Under the pieces are notes generated by a model. The model did not search any database and had not been told where the DNA came from. It saw only the letters and a list, made by a program, of their open reading frames with translations. The position numbers and the translations under genes are program-made. From sequence record DRR723986_576: a stretch of 64,000 bases of DNA, one strand, 5' to 3'. Within the stretch, counting starts at the first letter, position 1, and each line of letters opens with the position of its first letter. Of this stretch, positions 8,822 to 19,707 are shown in pieces.

Positions 8822-10993
8822 ATGAAAACTTGCCATACGATCTGCGGCATTTGCGAACAGGGCTGTGGGCTAACGGTCACCACTGACAGCAACCGAGTAC
8901 TGAAAGTCGAGCCAGACAAGAACAATCCCTACAGTTGGCGTGACTACTGCATCAAGGGCGCCAAGTCGCACTTGTCGCTCCGCCATCCCGACCGAATTAC
9001 CACGCCAATGAAACGCGTAGGCGACCGCTATGTTGCTGCCAGCTACGAAGAGGCAATTACGAATATCGCCGCCCGCTTCAACCGCTTGATCGATCAGCAT
9101 GGTCCCAATGCCATCGGTAGCTACACCGGCAATCCCAATGGCTTCAACTTCGGTAGCGCACTTTTTCATACCATGTTGCTGGATGCGATCGGCACAGAGA
9201 GTCGGTTCTGGGTGGGGTCGGTAGATCAGAATGCCCTTCATGTGGTCTCCGACGCCATGTACGGCAATGCTTGGGTGAGTCTTCAAGCAGATATTGATCA
9301 CTGCGACTATTATCTGCTGATCGGCACCAATCCACAGATCAGCACCATGTGCTGGATCGGCTATTCGCCGGATGGTTGGAAACGCGTACTCGCTCGCAAA
9401 GCGGCAGGCGCCGAACTGGTAGTGGTCGATCCACGCCGGACAGAGTGCGCGGCGAAAGCGACTCGCCACATTGCTCCGCTGCCAGAGAGCGACTGGGCGC
9501 TGGTGCTCGCCATGATAAAACTGATTCTGGAAAACGGCTGGCACACCCCCCAAAGCAACGACATTCTCAAAGGCCTAGATACCATCCAAGCCATCGCGGC
9601 AACAGCAGACCTTGATGCGCTCAGTGCCTGCTGCGATGTACCATTGAATGACATTAAAACACTGGCTAGAGATTTTGCCCGCGCACCCAGCGCTATGGCC
9701 ATTGCCAGAACAGGAGTCAGCCAAGGGCGTAATGGCGTGCTAGCACTGTGGTTGGTAAAGGTCCTGAACTACATCACCGGGCGCGTCGAAAGTGAAGGAG
9801 GACTTTACTACGTTAGCGGTATTTTAGATTTACTGGATGTCGGCGACACCCTATTTCCCCACTCAGAGGCCGTCAGTCGTGTACGCGGCAACAAAAATGT
9901 AGCCGGAGCACATAGCCTCGCGGAGCTTCCCGGGGAAATCACCACACCGGGCCCTGGGCAGATTCGCGCCATGATTATCAACAGCGGCAATCCGGTAGTC
10001 TCCGGCCCAGACGGCAACGCTCTAGATGCAGCTTTGGCGCAGTTGGATTGCCTGGTGGTGATCGACCAATTCCAGCGAGAAAGTCATCGCCACGCCGACT
10101 GGCTAATTCCTGGCGATCATTTTCTGGAGCGCACAGAGATCAATCCCTTAATTCAAGCGCTGAGCCCCAGCCCGCGAGCACAACTAAGCCGAGCGGCGGT
10201 ATCACCACCACAGGGAATGCGATATGAGTGGGAATTTCTACGCGACCTAACCTTGGCAATGGGAAAACCACTGATACCCGGCAAGACTTGGCTGAATCCA
10301 CTGATCAAGGCTAGCAAACATCTGGCCAAATGGACCGGCTGGAACCAGCTAACGATTAACCCAATGCTTATGGCAAGGCTGTTAATACATGGCAACTCAC
10401 AGATTCGCTGGCGCGATATTGTCGATGCTACCCACGGCATAGGCGACCCTACCGAACGTCCGGAATTCGGCCTGCTATTTAGTAAGTTACGTGAACAAAA
10501 TAGTCACATAGACCTAGCGCCCTCCGCATTTGTGAAGGTGCTACGGCATCGCCTCGCAGAACCAGCAACACACAACCCATTGCGACCATTTCAACTTATC
10601 TCCCGACGGCGCATGAAAATGATGAACTCCTGGTCTATCGAAACCAGCATGGAAGGTATGAATTCACGCGAGATGACAGGCAACAACGTCGAGATCAATC
10701 GCAAAGAAGGTGAAGCACTGAAATTAATCGATGGCCAAAAAGTGAAGCTGTCTTCGGCCAGCGGCAGTATTGAGGCCGAGATAAGGCTGTCCGACGAAGT
10801 GCGCAGCGGTGTCGCCGTCATGGAGCATGGCTGGGGCTATCGGACGTTTAACGCTAGTCGGGGCAGCAGTCGCCACCATGGCGGCGTTAACCGCAACTTA
10901 CTCGTCTCCAATGACGACGTTGACCCCCTGTCGAATGTCCCCCGCCTCAATGGCACGCCTGTATCGATTGAACCCATACTCCCCAGCGCATAG
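8822..10993 (+). CDS. Molybdopterin-dependent oxidoreductase (DMSO reductase superfamily, uncharacterised)
   Basis: N-terminal CGICEQGCG..C Fe-S motif, VVDPRRT, C-terminal dinucleotide-binding domain (EHGWG); no Tat signal. Confidence 0.88.
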   Translation: MKTCHTICGICEQGCGLTVTTDSNRVLKVEPDKNNPYSWRDYCIKGAKSHLSLRHPDRITTPMKRVGDRYVAASYEEAITNIAARFNRLIDQHGPNAIGSYTGNPNGFNFGSALFHTMLLDAIGTESRFWVGSVDQNALHVVSDAMYGNAWVSLQADIDHCDYYLLIGTNPQISTMCWIGYSPDGWKRVLARKAAGAELVVVDPRRTECAAKATRHIAPLPESDWALVLAMIKLILENGWHTPQSNDILKGLDTIQAIAATADLDALSACCDVPLNDIKTLARDFARAPSAMAIARTGVSQGRNGVLALWLVKVLNYITGRVESEGGLYYVSGILDLLDVGDTLFPHSEAVSRVRGNKNVAGAHSLAELPGEITTPGPGQIRAMIINSGNPVVSGPDGNALDAALAQLDCLVVIDQFQRESHRHADWLIPGDHFLERTEINPLIQALSPSPRAQLSRAAVSPPQGMRYEWEFLRDLTLAMGKPLIPGKTWLNPLIKASKHLAKWTGWNQLTINPMLMARLLIHGNSQIRWRDIVDATHGIGDPTERPEFGLLFSKLREQNSHIDLAPSAFVKVLRHRLAEPATHNPLRPFQLISRRRMKMMNSWSIETSMEGMNSREMTGNNVEINRKEGEALKLIDGQKVKLSSASGSIEAEIRLSDEVRSGVAVMEHGWGYRTFNASRGSSRHHGGVNRNLLVSNDDVDPLSNVPRLNGTPVSIEPILPSA

Positions 10994-11045
10994 ATGATAG
11001 AGAGTCAGGTGCCAGCGTCGGCCATTCCCGATAGAATAGCCGCCC

Positions 11046-13211
11046 ATGGACGTATCTTATATTCTCGATCAACTTAATGACGCGCAACGCGACGCGGTAA
11101 CCGCTGACAGCCCGGGCACACTGGTGCTGGCGGGGGCCGGTAGTGGCAAAACCCGCGTGCTGGTTCACCGCATAGCCTGGAAGATAAAGGTAGAGGGCCT
11201 GTCGCCGTACAGCATTATGGCGGTTACCTTTACCAACAAGGCGGCGCGGGAGATGCGCGGCCGTATTGAGGAACTGCTGGGCAGCAGCCTGCAAGGTGGT
11301 ATGTGGGTGGGCACGTTTCACGGCCTTGCCCACCGCCTATTAAAGGCCCACGCCCGCGAAGCCGGTCTGCCGGAGAATTTTCAGATTCTCGACAGCGACG
11401 ACCAGCTGAGGCTGATGAAGCGCATCCACCGCGAACTGCAACTGGATGATTCGCGCTGGCCACCGCGCCAGTCCTGTTACTTTATCAACGGCCACAAAGA
11501 CGAGGGCCGACGCAGCGCCCACATTGATGACGCCGGTGGCGACCTGTACCTGCAAACCATGTTGAAGGTTTATCGGCGCTACGAGGAGATCTGCCAGCAG
11601 CAGGGGGTTATCGACTTTGCCGAGTTGCTGCTCCGCGCTCTGGAGTTATGGCGCGACAACCCGGCGGTACTCGCCCACTATCAACAGCGCTTTAAACATG
11701 TGCTGGTCGACGAGTTTCAGGACACCAATGCCGTGCAATACGCCTGGCTGCGAATTCTTGCCGGCAATGGCATGCCCATTACCGCCGTGGGCGATGACGA
11801 CCAGTCCATTTACGGCTGGCGCGGCGCGCGCATTGAGAACATTCAGCAGTTCTCAAAGGATTTTGCCGATACCCGCATTATTCGCCTGGAGCAGAACTAT
11901 CGCTCCACCGGCACCATTCTCAGTGCCGCCAATGCGGTGATCAAAAACAACAGCCAGCGGCTGGGTAAAGAGCTTTGGACCAGCGGCGAAGACGGCGAGC
12001 CCATCACCCTGTTTGCCGCGTTCAATGAGCAGGACGAAGCGCGCTTTGTCACCGACCGTATCGACGAGTTGCTCCGCCAGGACTATCGCCGCGCCGACAT
12101 CGGTATTCTATACCGCAGCAATGCCCAGTCGCGGGTATTGGAAGAGGCGCTGATTCGCAGCGGCCAACCCTATCGCATCTACGGCGGCCAGCGCTTCTAT
12201 GACCGCCTGGAAATTAAAAACGCCCTCGCCTATTTGCGCTTGATCGCCCTGCGCGACGACGACACCGCCATGGAAAGGGTGATCAACACGCCCACGCGCG
12301 GCATCGGCAATCGCACGGTGGAAATGCTGCGTGAATACGCTCGCGACCACCAACTGTCGCTGTGGCAGTCGGCCATGGCGATGATTCAAAACGGCGCCCT
12401 CACCGCGCGCGCCGGCAACGCCCTGCGCGGCTTCCTGTCACTGGTCGAAGACCTCGCCGAACAGTGCAGTGACCAGTCGCTGGATGAGCAGGTGGATTTA
12501 GTCATCGACAAAGCCGGACTGATCGCCTTCCACCAAAAGGAAAAAGGCGAGAAGGGTCAGGCGCGCATAGAAAACCTGCAGGAATTGGTCAGCGCCGCGC
12601 GTAGCTTTACCCCGGAAGACCCGGATGCCGATTTGCTGCGCGAATTCCTCGACCAAGCGGCCCTCGATGCCGGTGAACAGCAGGCCGACGAGCACGAAGA
12701 CAGCATTCAACTAATGACTCTGCACTCCGCCAAAGGTCTGGAGTTCCCCATCGTGTTTATGGTGGGCGTCGAGGAAAACCTGTTCCCCCACAAGATGTCG
12801 ATGGACGACCCCGCACGCCTTGAAGAAGAACGTCGCCTCGCCTATGTGGGTATTACTCGCGCCGAGCAGCAGCTGTTTCTGAGTTACGCCGAGTCGCGGC
12901 GACTGCACGGGCAAGAGAACTTCAACAGCCTGTCGCGCTTCATCCGCGAGATTCCCAATGACCTCATCAACGAAGTGCGTATTAACAATACTGTGACCCG
13001 TCCGAGCAGCTTTGCCAGTGGCAATATTGCTGCTCAGGCCGCCGCCGACTGTGGTATCGCCCTGGGCCAGCGCGTGCTGCACAGTATTTTTGGTGCGGGC
13101 ACCGTGCTCAGCTTCGAGGGGCAGGGCGCCAGCGCTCGGGTACAGGTAAATTTTGAGGACGAAGGCAGCAAATGGCTGGTATTGCAGTACGCCAATCTGG
13201 AGCTGCTGTAA
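11046..13211 (+). CDS. uvrD: DNA helicase II
   Basis: LAGAGSGKTRVL, VDEFQDTN, LEQNYRS, MTLHSAKGLEF, EEERRLAYVGITRA; 721 aa. Confidence 0.97.
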   Translation: MDVSYILDQLNDAQRDAVTADSPGTLVLAGAGSGKTRVLVHRIAWKIKVEGLSPYSIMAVTFTNKAAREMRGRIEELLGSSLQGGMWVGTFHGLAHRLLKAHAREAGLPENFQILDSDDQLRLMKRIHRELQLDDSRWPPRQSCYFINGHKDEGRRSAHIDDAGGDLYLQTMLKVYRRYEEICQQQGVIDFAELLLRALELWRDNPAVLAHYQQRFKHVLVDEFQDTNAVQYAWLRILAGNGMPITAVGDDDQSIYGWRGARIENIQQFSKDFADTRIIRLEQNYRSTGTILSAANAVIKNNSQRLGKELWTSGEDGEPITLFAAFNEQDEARFVTDRIDELLRQDYRRADIGILYRSNAQSRVLEEALIRSGQPYRIYGGQRFYDRLEIKNALAYLRLIALRDDDTAMERVINTPTRGIGNRTVEMLREYARDHQLSLWQSAMAMIQNGALTARAGNALRGFLSLVEDLAEQCSDQSLDEQVDLVIDKAGLIAFHQKEKGEKGQARIENLQELVSAARSFTPEDPDADLLREFLDQAALDAGEQQADEHEDSIQLMTLHSAKGLEFPIVFMVGVEENLFPHKMSMDDPARLEEERRLAYVGITRAEQQLFLSYAESRRLHGQENFNSLSRFIREIPNDLINEVRINNTVTRPSSFASGNIAAQAAADCGIALGQRVLHSIFGAGTVLSFEGQGASARVQVNFEDEGSKWLVLQYANLELL

Positions 13212-13245
13212 TCACACCGGCTCACAACAATAATAAGGTAACGCT

Positions 13246-14388
13246 ATGAACCGCTCTTCAAACGCGCGCACTACCCCGCTCCTTATTCTGGCCCTGGTTG
13301 CCGCGCTGGTCGCCATGAGCTGGCTCTATGTGGGCGAGCGCAGCCGACACTATGTCGCCGATGACAACGCGCGAACTGCCGCCCTGGGCGGTGAGCGAGT
13401 GTATCAATGGAAACTGGTCACCACCTGGCCGAAAAACTTTCCCGGCCTGGGCACCGCACCAGAAAAGTTTGCCGAGGTCGTCAACCGCATGAGCCGCGGC
13501 CGCCTGCAAATCAGCGTTTATGGCGCCGGTGAACTGGTTCCTGCCCTCGGCGTGTTCGATGCCGTCTCTGCTGGTAGCGTTCAAGCGGGCCACGGCGCGG
13601 CCTATTATTGGAAGGGCAAATTGCCCTCATCAATCTTCTTCACCGCCGTGCCGTTTGGCATGAGCGCACAGGAAATGAATGGCTGGCTCTACCACGGCGG
13701 CGGCTTGGAATTGTGGCGCGAGGCCTATGCCCCCTTTAATTTGATCCCCATGGCCGGCGGCAATACCGGCGTGCAAATGGCGGGCTGGTTTAACAAAGAG
13801 ATTAACTCGGTCGACGACCTCAAAGGGCTGAAAATGCGCATTCCCGGCTCGGGCGGTGAAGTATTAAACCGCCTGGGCGGCACCTCGGTAACGCTGCCGG
13901 GCGGCGAGTTATACACCTCGTTGCAAACCGGCGTGATCGACGCCACCGAGTGGGTGGCACCCTACAACGATCTGGCCTTCGGCTTTCACGAGGTCACGCG
14001 TTATTACTATTACCCAGGCTGGCATGAGCCAGGCTCGACTCTTGAACTCATCGTGAACAAGCAGGCTTTTGAAGCTCTGCCCGAAGACCTGCAAGCCATT
14101 GTTGAGGTTGCAGCGCGCTACGCCAACGCCGACATGCTCGACGAATATACCGCACGCAATAATAACGCCTTAAAAGAATTGGTAGAGCAACACGACGTAC
14201 AGCTACGCAAGCTGCCCGATGATGTGATTCGCGCGCTGCACAAAACCTCTGACGACTACCTGGCGGAGCTGGCGCAAACTGATGAACTCACCCAGCGGGT
14301 TTACACCAGCTGGAAGCAATTCCTGGAAGGCGCGAAAAACTACCACCATATTTCCGAGCAGGCTTACATCAACGCTCGCGATTTATAA
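13246..14388 (+). CDS. dctP: TRAP transporter solute-binding protein (DctP/TakP family)
   Basis: WKLVTTWPKNFPGLG, GLKMRIPG, YYYPGWHEPG. Confidence 0.9.
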   Translation: MNRSSNARTTPLLILALVAALVAMSWLYVGERSRHYVADDNARTAALGGERVYQWKLVTTWPKNFPGLGTAPEKFAEVVNRMSRGRLQISVYGAGELVPALGVFDAVSAGSVQAGHGAAYYWKGKLPSSIFFTAVPFGMSAQEMNGWLYHGGGLELWREAYAPFNLIPMAGGNTGVQMAGWFNKEINSVDDLKGLKMRIPGSGGEVLNRLGGTSVTLPGGELYTSLQTGVIDATEWVAPYNDLAFGFHEVTRYYYYPGWHEPGSTLELIVNKQAFEALPEDLQAIVEVAARYANADMLDEYTARNNNALKELVEQHDVQLRKLPDDVIRALHKTSDDYLAELAQTDELTQRVYTSWKQFLEGAKNYHHISEQAYINARDL

Positions 14389-14389
14389 T

Positions 14390-15577
14390 TTAGCGAAAAA
14401 GACCAAGTCCGCCGGGGTAGTTGTATCCGGGAAATACCCTGGCGATATCGAGACGACTGCTTTGGGTCTGCAGCAACTCCGACAACACCTGGCGGTAATC
14501 CGTGGTGACCTGCAAGTCACCGCGATCGAGGTCATCGTCTTGCAAGCCGGGCCAGTCACTGACAACCTGCCCGCCATTGACGCCGGCGCCCATTAGTAAC
14601 ATGGCGTTGCCGTGACCGTGGTCGGTACCCAGCGATCCGTTCTCTGTCGCGCGACGACCAAACTCACTCATTGTTACCACCGTCACTCGCGACATGGCGT
14701 CGCCGAGGTCTTGCATGAAAGCCGCTAAGCCATCACCCATTGCCGCCAGGTTATTGCGCAACGCCCCGTTCTGATTCACATGGGTGTCCCAGCCACCAAT
14801 ATCAACACTGATAAATTCACTGCCTATATCCGCGCGAATCAACTGCGCAGCCTTACGCATATTTCGGGCAAAGGCATTGTTGGCGTATTGCGCGCCGTTT
14901 CGGGGCTCAAGTGACGCGGGATCGGCGGCGGCAAGCGCCTGCACAACATCCAACGACAAACGGCTTTGAATCGACAACGCCGTCTCGTCACCGTACATGC
15001 TGCGCACGGCGTCCAGGAAGTCATCTCCCTGCTTCACTATCGAATTGAAGCGGTCAAACTGCGCCAGCGCCAGTGGCGGCACCGGGCCCTGCAAACTCTG
15101 TGGTGCCGCAGAGGCGATGGCTACCGAGCGAAACGGCGACGCCGACGGACCGCTGTGAGTATGCGCAATGTGTCGACCAAGCCACCCGGTTAAGGTCGCA
15201 CTGGGGTCTTGAACACCACTTTCCATAATCGCCTGAGCATCAAAATGTGAACGGCTTTCATGGGGCGATCCAGCGGCGTGAACGGCGGCCATACGGCCGT
15301 TTTGCCAGGCGGGCAGCAGCCCAGCCAGCGACGGGTGTAAACCGAAGAAACCGTCCAGATCCAAGGCACCGTTGGATTGATCCGGCCGCGGCACTCTCAC
15401 CACCGGACGGCGCGCGTAGTAGTCGTCGCTGCCGTGGGGAACCACAACATTCAAGCCGTCCACCGCGCCGCGCATAAACACCACAACCATGGTGTGTTTT
15501 GCCGAGGTAAACTGGCTCTGCCTGCTCACCTCACTATCGACGAGGGTATTCCAAAGCTCTCGGCGAGTATAAGTCAT
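14390..15577 (-). CDS. DUF1501 domain protein
   Basis: MRGAVDGLN, RSHFDAQ, GGWDTH, SEFGRR..ENGSLGTDHGHG. Confidence 0.88.
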   Translation of the reverse strand: MTYTRRELWNTLVDSEVSRQSQFTSAKHTMVVVFMRGAVDGLNVVVPHGSDDYYARRPVVRVPRPDQSNGALDLDGFFGLHPSLAGLLPAWQNGRMAAVHAAGSPHESRSHFDAQAIMESGVQDPSATLTGWLGRHIAHTHSGPSASPFRSVAIASAAPQSLQGPVPPLALAQFDRFNSIVKQGDDFLDAVRSMYGDETALSIQSRLSLDVVQALAAADPASLEPRNGAQYANNAFARNMRKAAQLIRADIGSEFISVDIGGWDTHVNQNGALRNNLAAMGDGLAAFMQDLGDAMSRVTVVTMSEFGRRATENGSLGTDHGHGNAMLLMGAGVNGGQVVSDWPGLQDDDLDRGDLQVTTDYRQVLSELLQTQSSRLDIARVFPGYNYPGGLGLFR

Positions 15578-15608
15578 CGTATTTCCTTTCTTTTACTACC
15601 GAAGTCCA

Positions 15609-17309
15609 TCAACGCCGTTGGGCATAGGGAGAGATCAGCAACAGCGCCATTAAGCGCCGCCAAAATTGTTCGGTGGATGCCGCGCGTTCGCCGCTCGCGT
15701 GAGTCTGGGCAGCCGCCAGCAAACGGCTGGCCGTCGCGTCGTCGATATCGCGCATCAGCAACTTCCGGCGCATGGCCGCCAGTGCCTCGCCGGGGTCCTC
15801 CTGCTGGTCTGCAGCCCAGGCGGCGTTACTCACGCCCTCGCTGCGGGACTGCCCCGCGACACTGATAACGTGGCGCCAACGCTCGAGTAGGCCATTGACA
15901 CTGGCCCAGTAGCCCTCGCTATCCGGGTAGCCGTCGGGGCTAGGCCACTGAAAGGGAACATGGCCGGTACGCGAGATCATGCTGTCGCTATTCGGCCCTT
16001 CATAGGTCGGGTTCAGATCAATATCCAGCGGGTCCAGCAAGCCAAAGTCGAGCTCGGGCAGGGCATCAATATTCGCCAAACCCAACATACTGTAGAGATC
16101 GGGAATAGCCGAGGCCCGCAATAAATCCGACAAGGTGAGGCTGTCATTCATCTCCGGTTCCAGAGCGCGCACCAGCGCAATTGCGCTCTCTTGTGGCCGT
16201 GTCAGCTTTGCGTCTGCCGCATTTTGAAATTCCTCGCTACTAAATACCGCTCGAAGCATTGCCGGAATATCACCATGCTCCCCCCAGGCTGCCGCTACCG
16301 AGGAAATAAAGGCCTCCGGCGCAGCAGAATCGCGCACAAATCGCCGGTATAACTTACTGGCAATAAATCGCCGCGTTGAAGGGTGGGCGACGAGGATATC
16401 CAGCACTTGCTCACCATCTTCCATGCCTCTGCCTGCTGGCAGGGTGTGACCCAATACCCGCTTTTCGTTGCTATCGTGTTGTTCGCCGTCGAATAGAAAG
16501 CCGTGGTGGTTATTCGCCAAACACAAACGGTCGTCGCCATCGGTTTGAATACCCCAGCCGGTAAATGCCCGAGCAACTTCCCAGATATCGTCCTCGGTAT
16601 ACCCTCCACCCACACCCAATGTGTGTAGCTCCATCAGTTCGCGGGCGTAATTTTCGTTGGGGTGCTTTTTGGTGGAGCGACGATTATCCAAGTATTCCAA
16701 CATTGCCGGGCTTTTAGCTGACGCATTAAGTAAGCCGCGAAAACTTCCCAGCGCGTTTGCCCGAATAACATCGCGATCGTCCACCGTCTTCATGTGACGC
16801 GCAATGCCATCTCCGTGATAGATCGTGAAGTGATCGCTCCAAAAATCGACCATCACCTCAAACAACTGGCGACGGCTAAAAACCCGCCGAAACAGCGTCG
16901 CACTGCGCAGCTCTCGCATCGCCCGGCGATCATCATTGAGCTGAGCAAGGCGGCAGCCGTCGTAGTTGACCGTAGGCCAGCGGAAATTAACCTCTGCCTC
17001 AATGTCAGCGTCGCGCGCCGCCGACATCGACAGCTGCTGCTCAAGCCAGGCATTTGCGCCAGCTTCCGCCACTGCCTGCATACTTTGCGGTGTAGGCCCC
17101 CACGTGGCGCGTTTGAGCAAGTGTAGCTCTGCAGGTGCCGGGGGAAGATCGGGCTGGGGAGTATCTGCCGACGAAACTTCCGACATAATAACGTCGTTAG
17201 CTTCGTCATTATTTGTACTGCCGGCGCCACCTCCACCGCCGCCACAGGCCGTGGCGCCCAAGGCAACAACGGCGGCACTAGAACGAATAAAGTCTCTGCG
17301 GGAAGTCAT
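15609..17309 (-). CDS. DUF1800 domain protein, Tat lipoprotein
   Basis: SRRDFIR Tat motif plus ATAC lipobox; FWSDHF, YLDN, PNENYARELMELHTLG. Confidence 0.88.
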   Translation of the reverse strand: MTSRRDFIRSSAAVVALGATACGGGGGGAGSTNNDEANDVIMSEVSSADTPQPDLPPAPAELHLLKRATWGPTPQSMQAVAEAGANAWLEQQLSMSAARDADIEAEVNFRWPTVNYDGCRLAQLNDDRRAMRELRSATLFRRVFSRRQLFEVMVDFWSDHFTIYHGDGIARHMKTVDDRDVIRANALGSFRGLLNASAKSPAMLEYLDNRRSTKKHPNENYARELMELHTLGVGGGYTEDDIWEVARAFTGWGIQTDGDDRLCLANNHHGFLFDGEQHDSNEKRVLGHTLPAGRGMEDGEQVLDILVAHPSTRRFIASKLYRRFVRDSAAPEAFISSVAAAWGEHGDIPAMLRAVFSSEEFQNAADAKLTRPQESAIALVRALEPEMNDSLTLSDLLRASAIPDLYSMLGLANIDALPELDFGLLDPLDIDLNPTYEGPNSDSMISRTGHVPFQWPSPDGYPDSEGYWASVNGLLERWRHVISVAGQSRSEGVSNAAWAADQQEDPGEALAAMRRKLLMRDIDDATASRLLAAAQTHASGERAASTEQFWRRLMALLLISPYAQRR

Positions 17310-17418
17310 GGCGCCTCTGCACTACTGGATTTTTGTTAGAATTTTTCCAGCCTAGCAAGCGCGGGAGGTGCAAAATAGCCATCGCTTCACAGCACCGTTA
17401 ATTACTCCAAGAAAATCG

Positions 17419-19707
17419 CTAAAGTGCGAACCGCAGCTCAGCACTGAACATGCGGGGCGGCATCAAAAATCCCATATGAGAGCCACTAAAGATGGGCATA
17501 TCTGCGGCAAAATGGCGGATGGTTTTGTTCTCCAGGTTTTTAATATGCCCCATAAATTGCCAACGGCCATTGGGATCGACGATGCCGGCATGAAGATTAA
17601 TCAGATGATACGCATCCTGGCTGTCGATGGGGTCGGCATCCAGGTCAAACAATATCCGGTCGCGCCAGCTCATATCAGCGCCGACCATCATGGCGACTTT
17701 TTCTTGCCACAACGGTACGGCAACATTAAAGCCGGCGGTGGCACTGATTTTCGGTGCGCGGGGTAGCTGCGATCCACTTAGATCGCAGGTTTCTTCATTG
17801 GATGACGCCGGGCAGGGCCCGTCTTTATAGCTGTCGAAGCGGGCATCGCTATAGCCCCAACTCGCAAAGAACTGGCTGCCACGCCAGGGCTGCCAACTGA
17901 TATCAATCTCCGCCCCCTCAGTGGTCGCCTTCGCGGCATTGTTCACAATAAAGCCGTTGCCGATAAATGCCTGTATCTGCATATCGCTAAATTCAGTGTG
18001 GTAGAGCGCGGTATTAATCGTAAGTACGCCGTCGTAGGCAGTGAGCTTGTAGCCCAGCTCATAGGCCTTGGCGCGTTCCTGATCAAAGCCGGACTCATCC
18101 GCCGTGCGTGCCAGCGGGTTATAGCCTCCCGCTTTAAATCCTTCTGAATAGCTGGCGTAGATCAAGTCGTCGTCCAGGCTGTATTTCATCGATAGCTTGG
18201 GGGCGATATTGGACTCTTCCCGCGTGTCCTTCAGCTGGTACTCGGTCACCCCGAAGGCGGACTGCAACAGCAAGCCGGTTTGCTCATAATTCTGGTCCAG
18301 GTCTACCTTTTTCTTTTCTTCCGATGCCCGCAAGCCAGCCACTAGGCTCAATCGGTCAGTGATATTCCAGGTGAGTTGCGAGAACAGCGCCAGGGTTTCG
18401 GTATGTTGAATAAAACGCTGGTGCAAGGCATCGGTGGTTAACGCGCCCAATAGATTATCGAGGGGGTCGAGCAATGGCGTCAGCACGCCGCCAAGCAGAT
18501 CGGTCACAACATCCAAACCGAGCGCAGGCAGTAACAAGCCCTGAAGTGGCCCTTTGGGCAGCATGCGCAGCTCGCCGGTTAGGTCGTTGTCAGACTGAAA
18601 CGCAAAGCCCCCCACTAGGTATTCCAGCTTTCCCGGCGGCGAACTCAAACGCAGCTCCAGCATTTGCTGGCGGTAGTCGGTTTCTCGCCCCCAGTCGGCG
18701 ATCGGTGCCGAGGCCGTATCAGCATCCAGATATAGCCATTCCTCGGCACGCGCGTCGCTGGCGATCAGCGTTAGCCGGTGCTCGGCGACATCCCAGTTCG
18801 CCTCCAGATTCCACACTTCGGTGTCGCTCCAGCTTTCATTCGGCGCGTCGGCGTGGCTGCGGTAATCAAAGTTGGCTTCCAGATTCGGGTCAAACAAACC
18901 GTGTACAAGAGCGGCGTCGCCACCCAGCACGAAGGGCTCCCATCCCTGACCGCTGTCGCGTGACTCGCCTTGGTAGTAGGTCAACACGGCCGTCAAGGTA
19001 TCCAGCGGCGTAAACAACATTTTGGCGCGCAGCCCCTCTTTGTCGACGCGCTTTTCATCTGTGCCGCGCAACACATTGTTTACATAGCCATCGCGGCGGT
19101 CGCTGGTTGCCGCGACGCGCAGAGCAAGCCGGTCTTCCACCAGCGGCGCATTGATCATGGCGTCATATTTTTCACCGGAAAACTGCCCATGAGCGGCGCT
19201 GGCCGATACCCGCCACTCTTCCTCAGGTTGAGCGGTACTGATGCTTATTGCACCGGCCACCGTATTTTTACCAAACAGTGTGCCCTGCGGCCCTTTCAAC
19301 ATTTCCACTCGGGCCAGATCGAGAAAGGCATCTTGCAAGAAGGCCATTTTTCCGTAGTAAATACCGTCCACATAGATCCCTACCGCCTGCTCCATGCCAT
19401 CATTAATCGGCGAGTTCAGGCCGCGCATGCCCACCTGCACATAGCCCGGGGTCATATTAATTTCCGTATTCGGGCTGGCCAGAGAAATATCTTCAAAAGA
19501 CGCGATGGCAGAATTTTTCATGCGCTCAGCACTGAGCACAGATACCGCGATGGGAACATCTTGAATCGACTCGGAACGCTTTTGCGCAGTAACGATCACT
19601 TCTTCGATATGAGAGGCGCGCTTGTGCTCTGCTGCCATTGCAGGTAACGCCAACAACTGACCAATAACCAGCCCACACAAGCAGTGCGTTTTCATTGCCT
19701 TGTTCAT
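17419..19707 (-). CDS. TonB-dependent receptor
   Basis: IEEVIVTAQKRSESIQDVP, KGPQGTLFGKN, GFKAGGYN. Confidence 0.92.
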   Translation of the reverse strand: MNKAMKTHCLCGLVIGQLLALPAMAAEHKRASHIEEVIVTAQKRSESIQDVPIAVSVLSAERMKNSAIASFEDISLASPNTEINMTPGYVQVGMRGLNSPINDGMEQAVGIYVDGIYYGKMAFLQDAFLDLARVEMLKGPQGTLFGKNTVAGAISISTAQPEEEWRVSASAAHGQFSGEKYDAMINAPLVEDRLALRVAATSDRRDGYVNNVLRGTDEKRVDKEGLRAKMLFTPLDTLTAVLTYYQGESRDSGQGWEPFVLGGDAALVHGLFDPNLEANFDYRSHADAPNESWSDTEVWNLEANWDVAEHRLTLIASDARAEEWLYLDADTASAPIADWGRETDYRQQMLELRLSSPPGKLEYLVGGFAFQSDNDLTGELRMLPKGPLQGLLLPALGLDVVTDLLGGVLTPLLDPLDNLLGALTTDALHQRFIQHTETLALFSQLTWNITDRLSLVAGLRASEEKKKVDLDQNYEQTGLLLQSAFGVTEYQLKDTREESNIAPKLSMKYSLDDDLIYASYSEGFKAGGYNPLARTADESGFDQERAKAYELGYKLTAYDGVLTINTALYHTEFSDMQIQAFIGNGFIVNNAAKATTEGAEIDISWQPWRGSQFFASWGYSDARFDSYKDGPCPASSNEETCDLSGSQLPRAPKISATAGFNVAVPLWQEKVAMMVGADMSWRDRILFDLDADPIDSQDAYHLINLHAGIVDPNGRWQFMGHIKNLENKTIRHFAADMPIFSGSHMGFLMPPRMFSAELRFAL

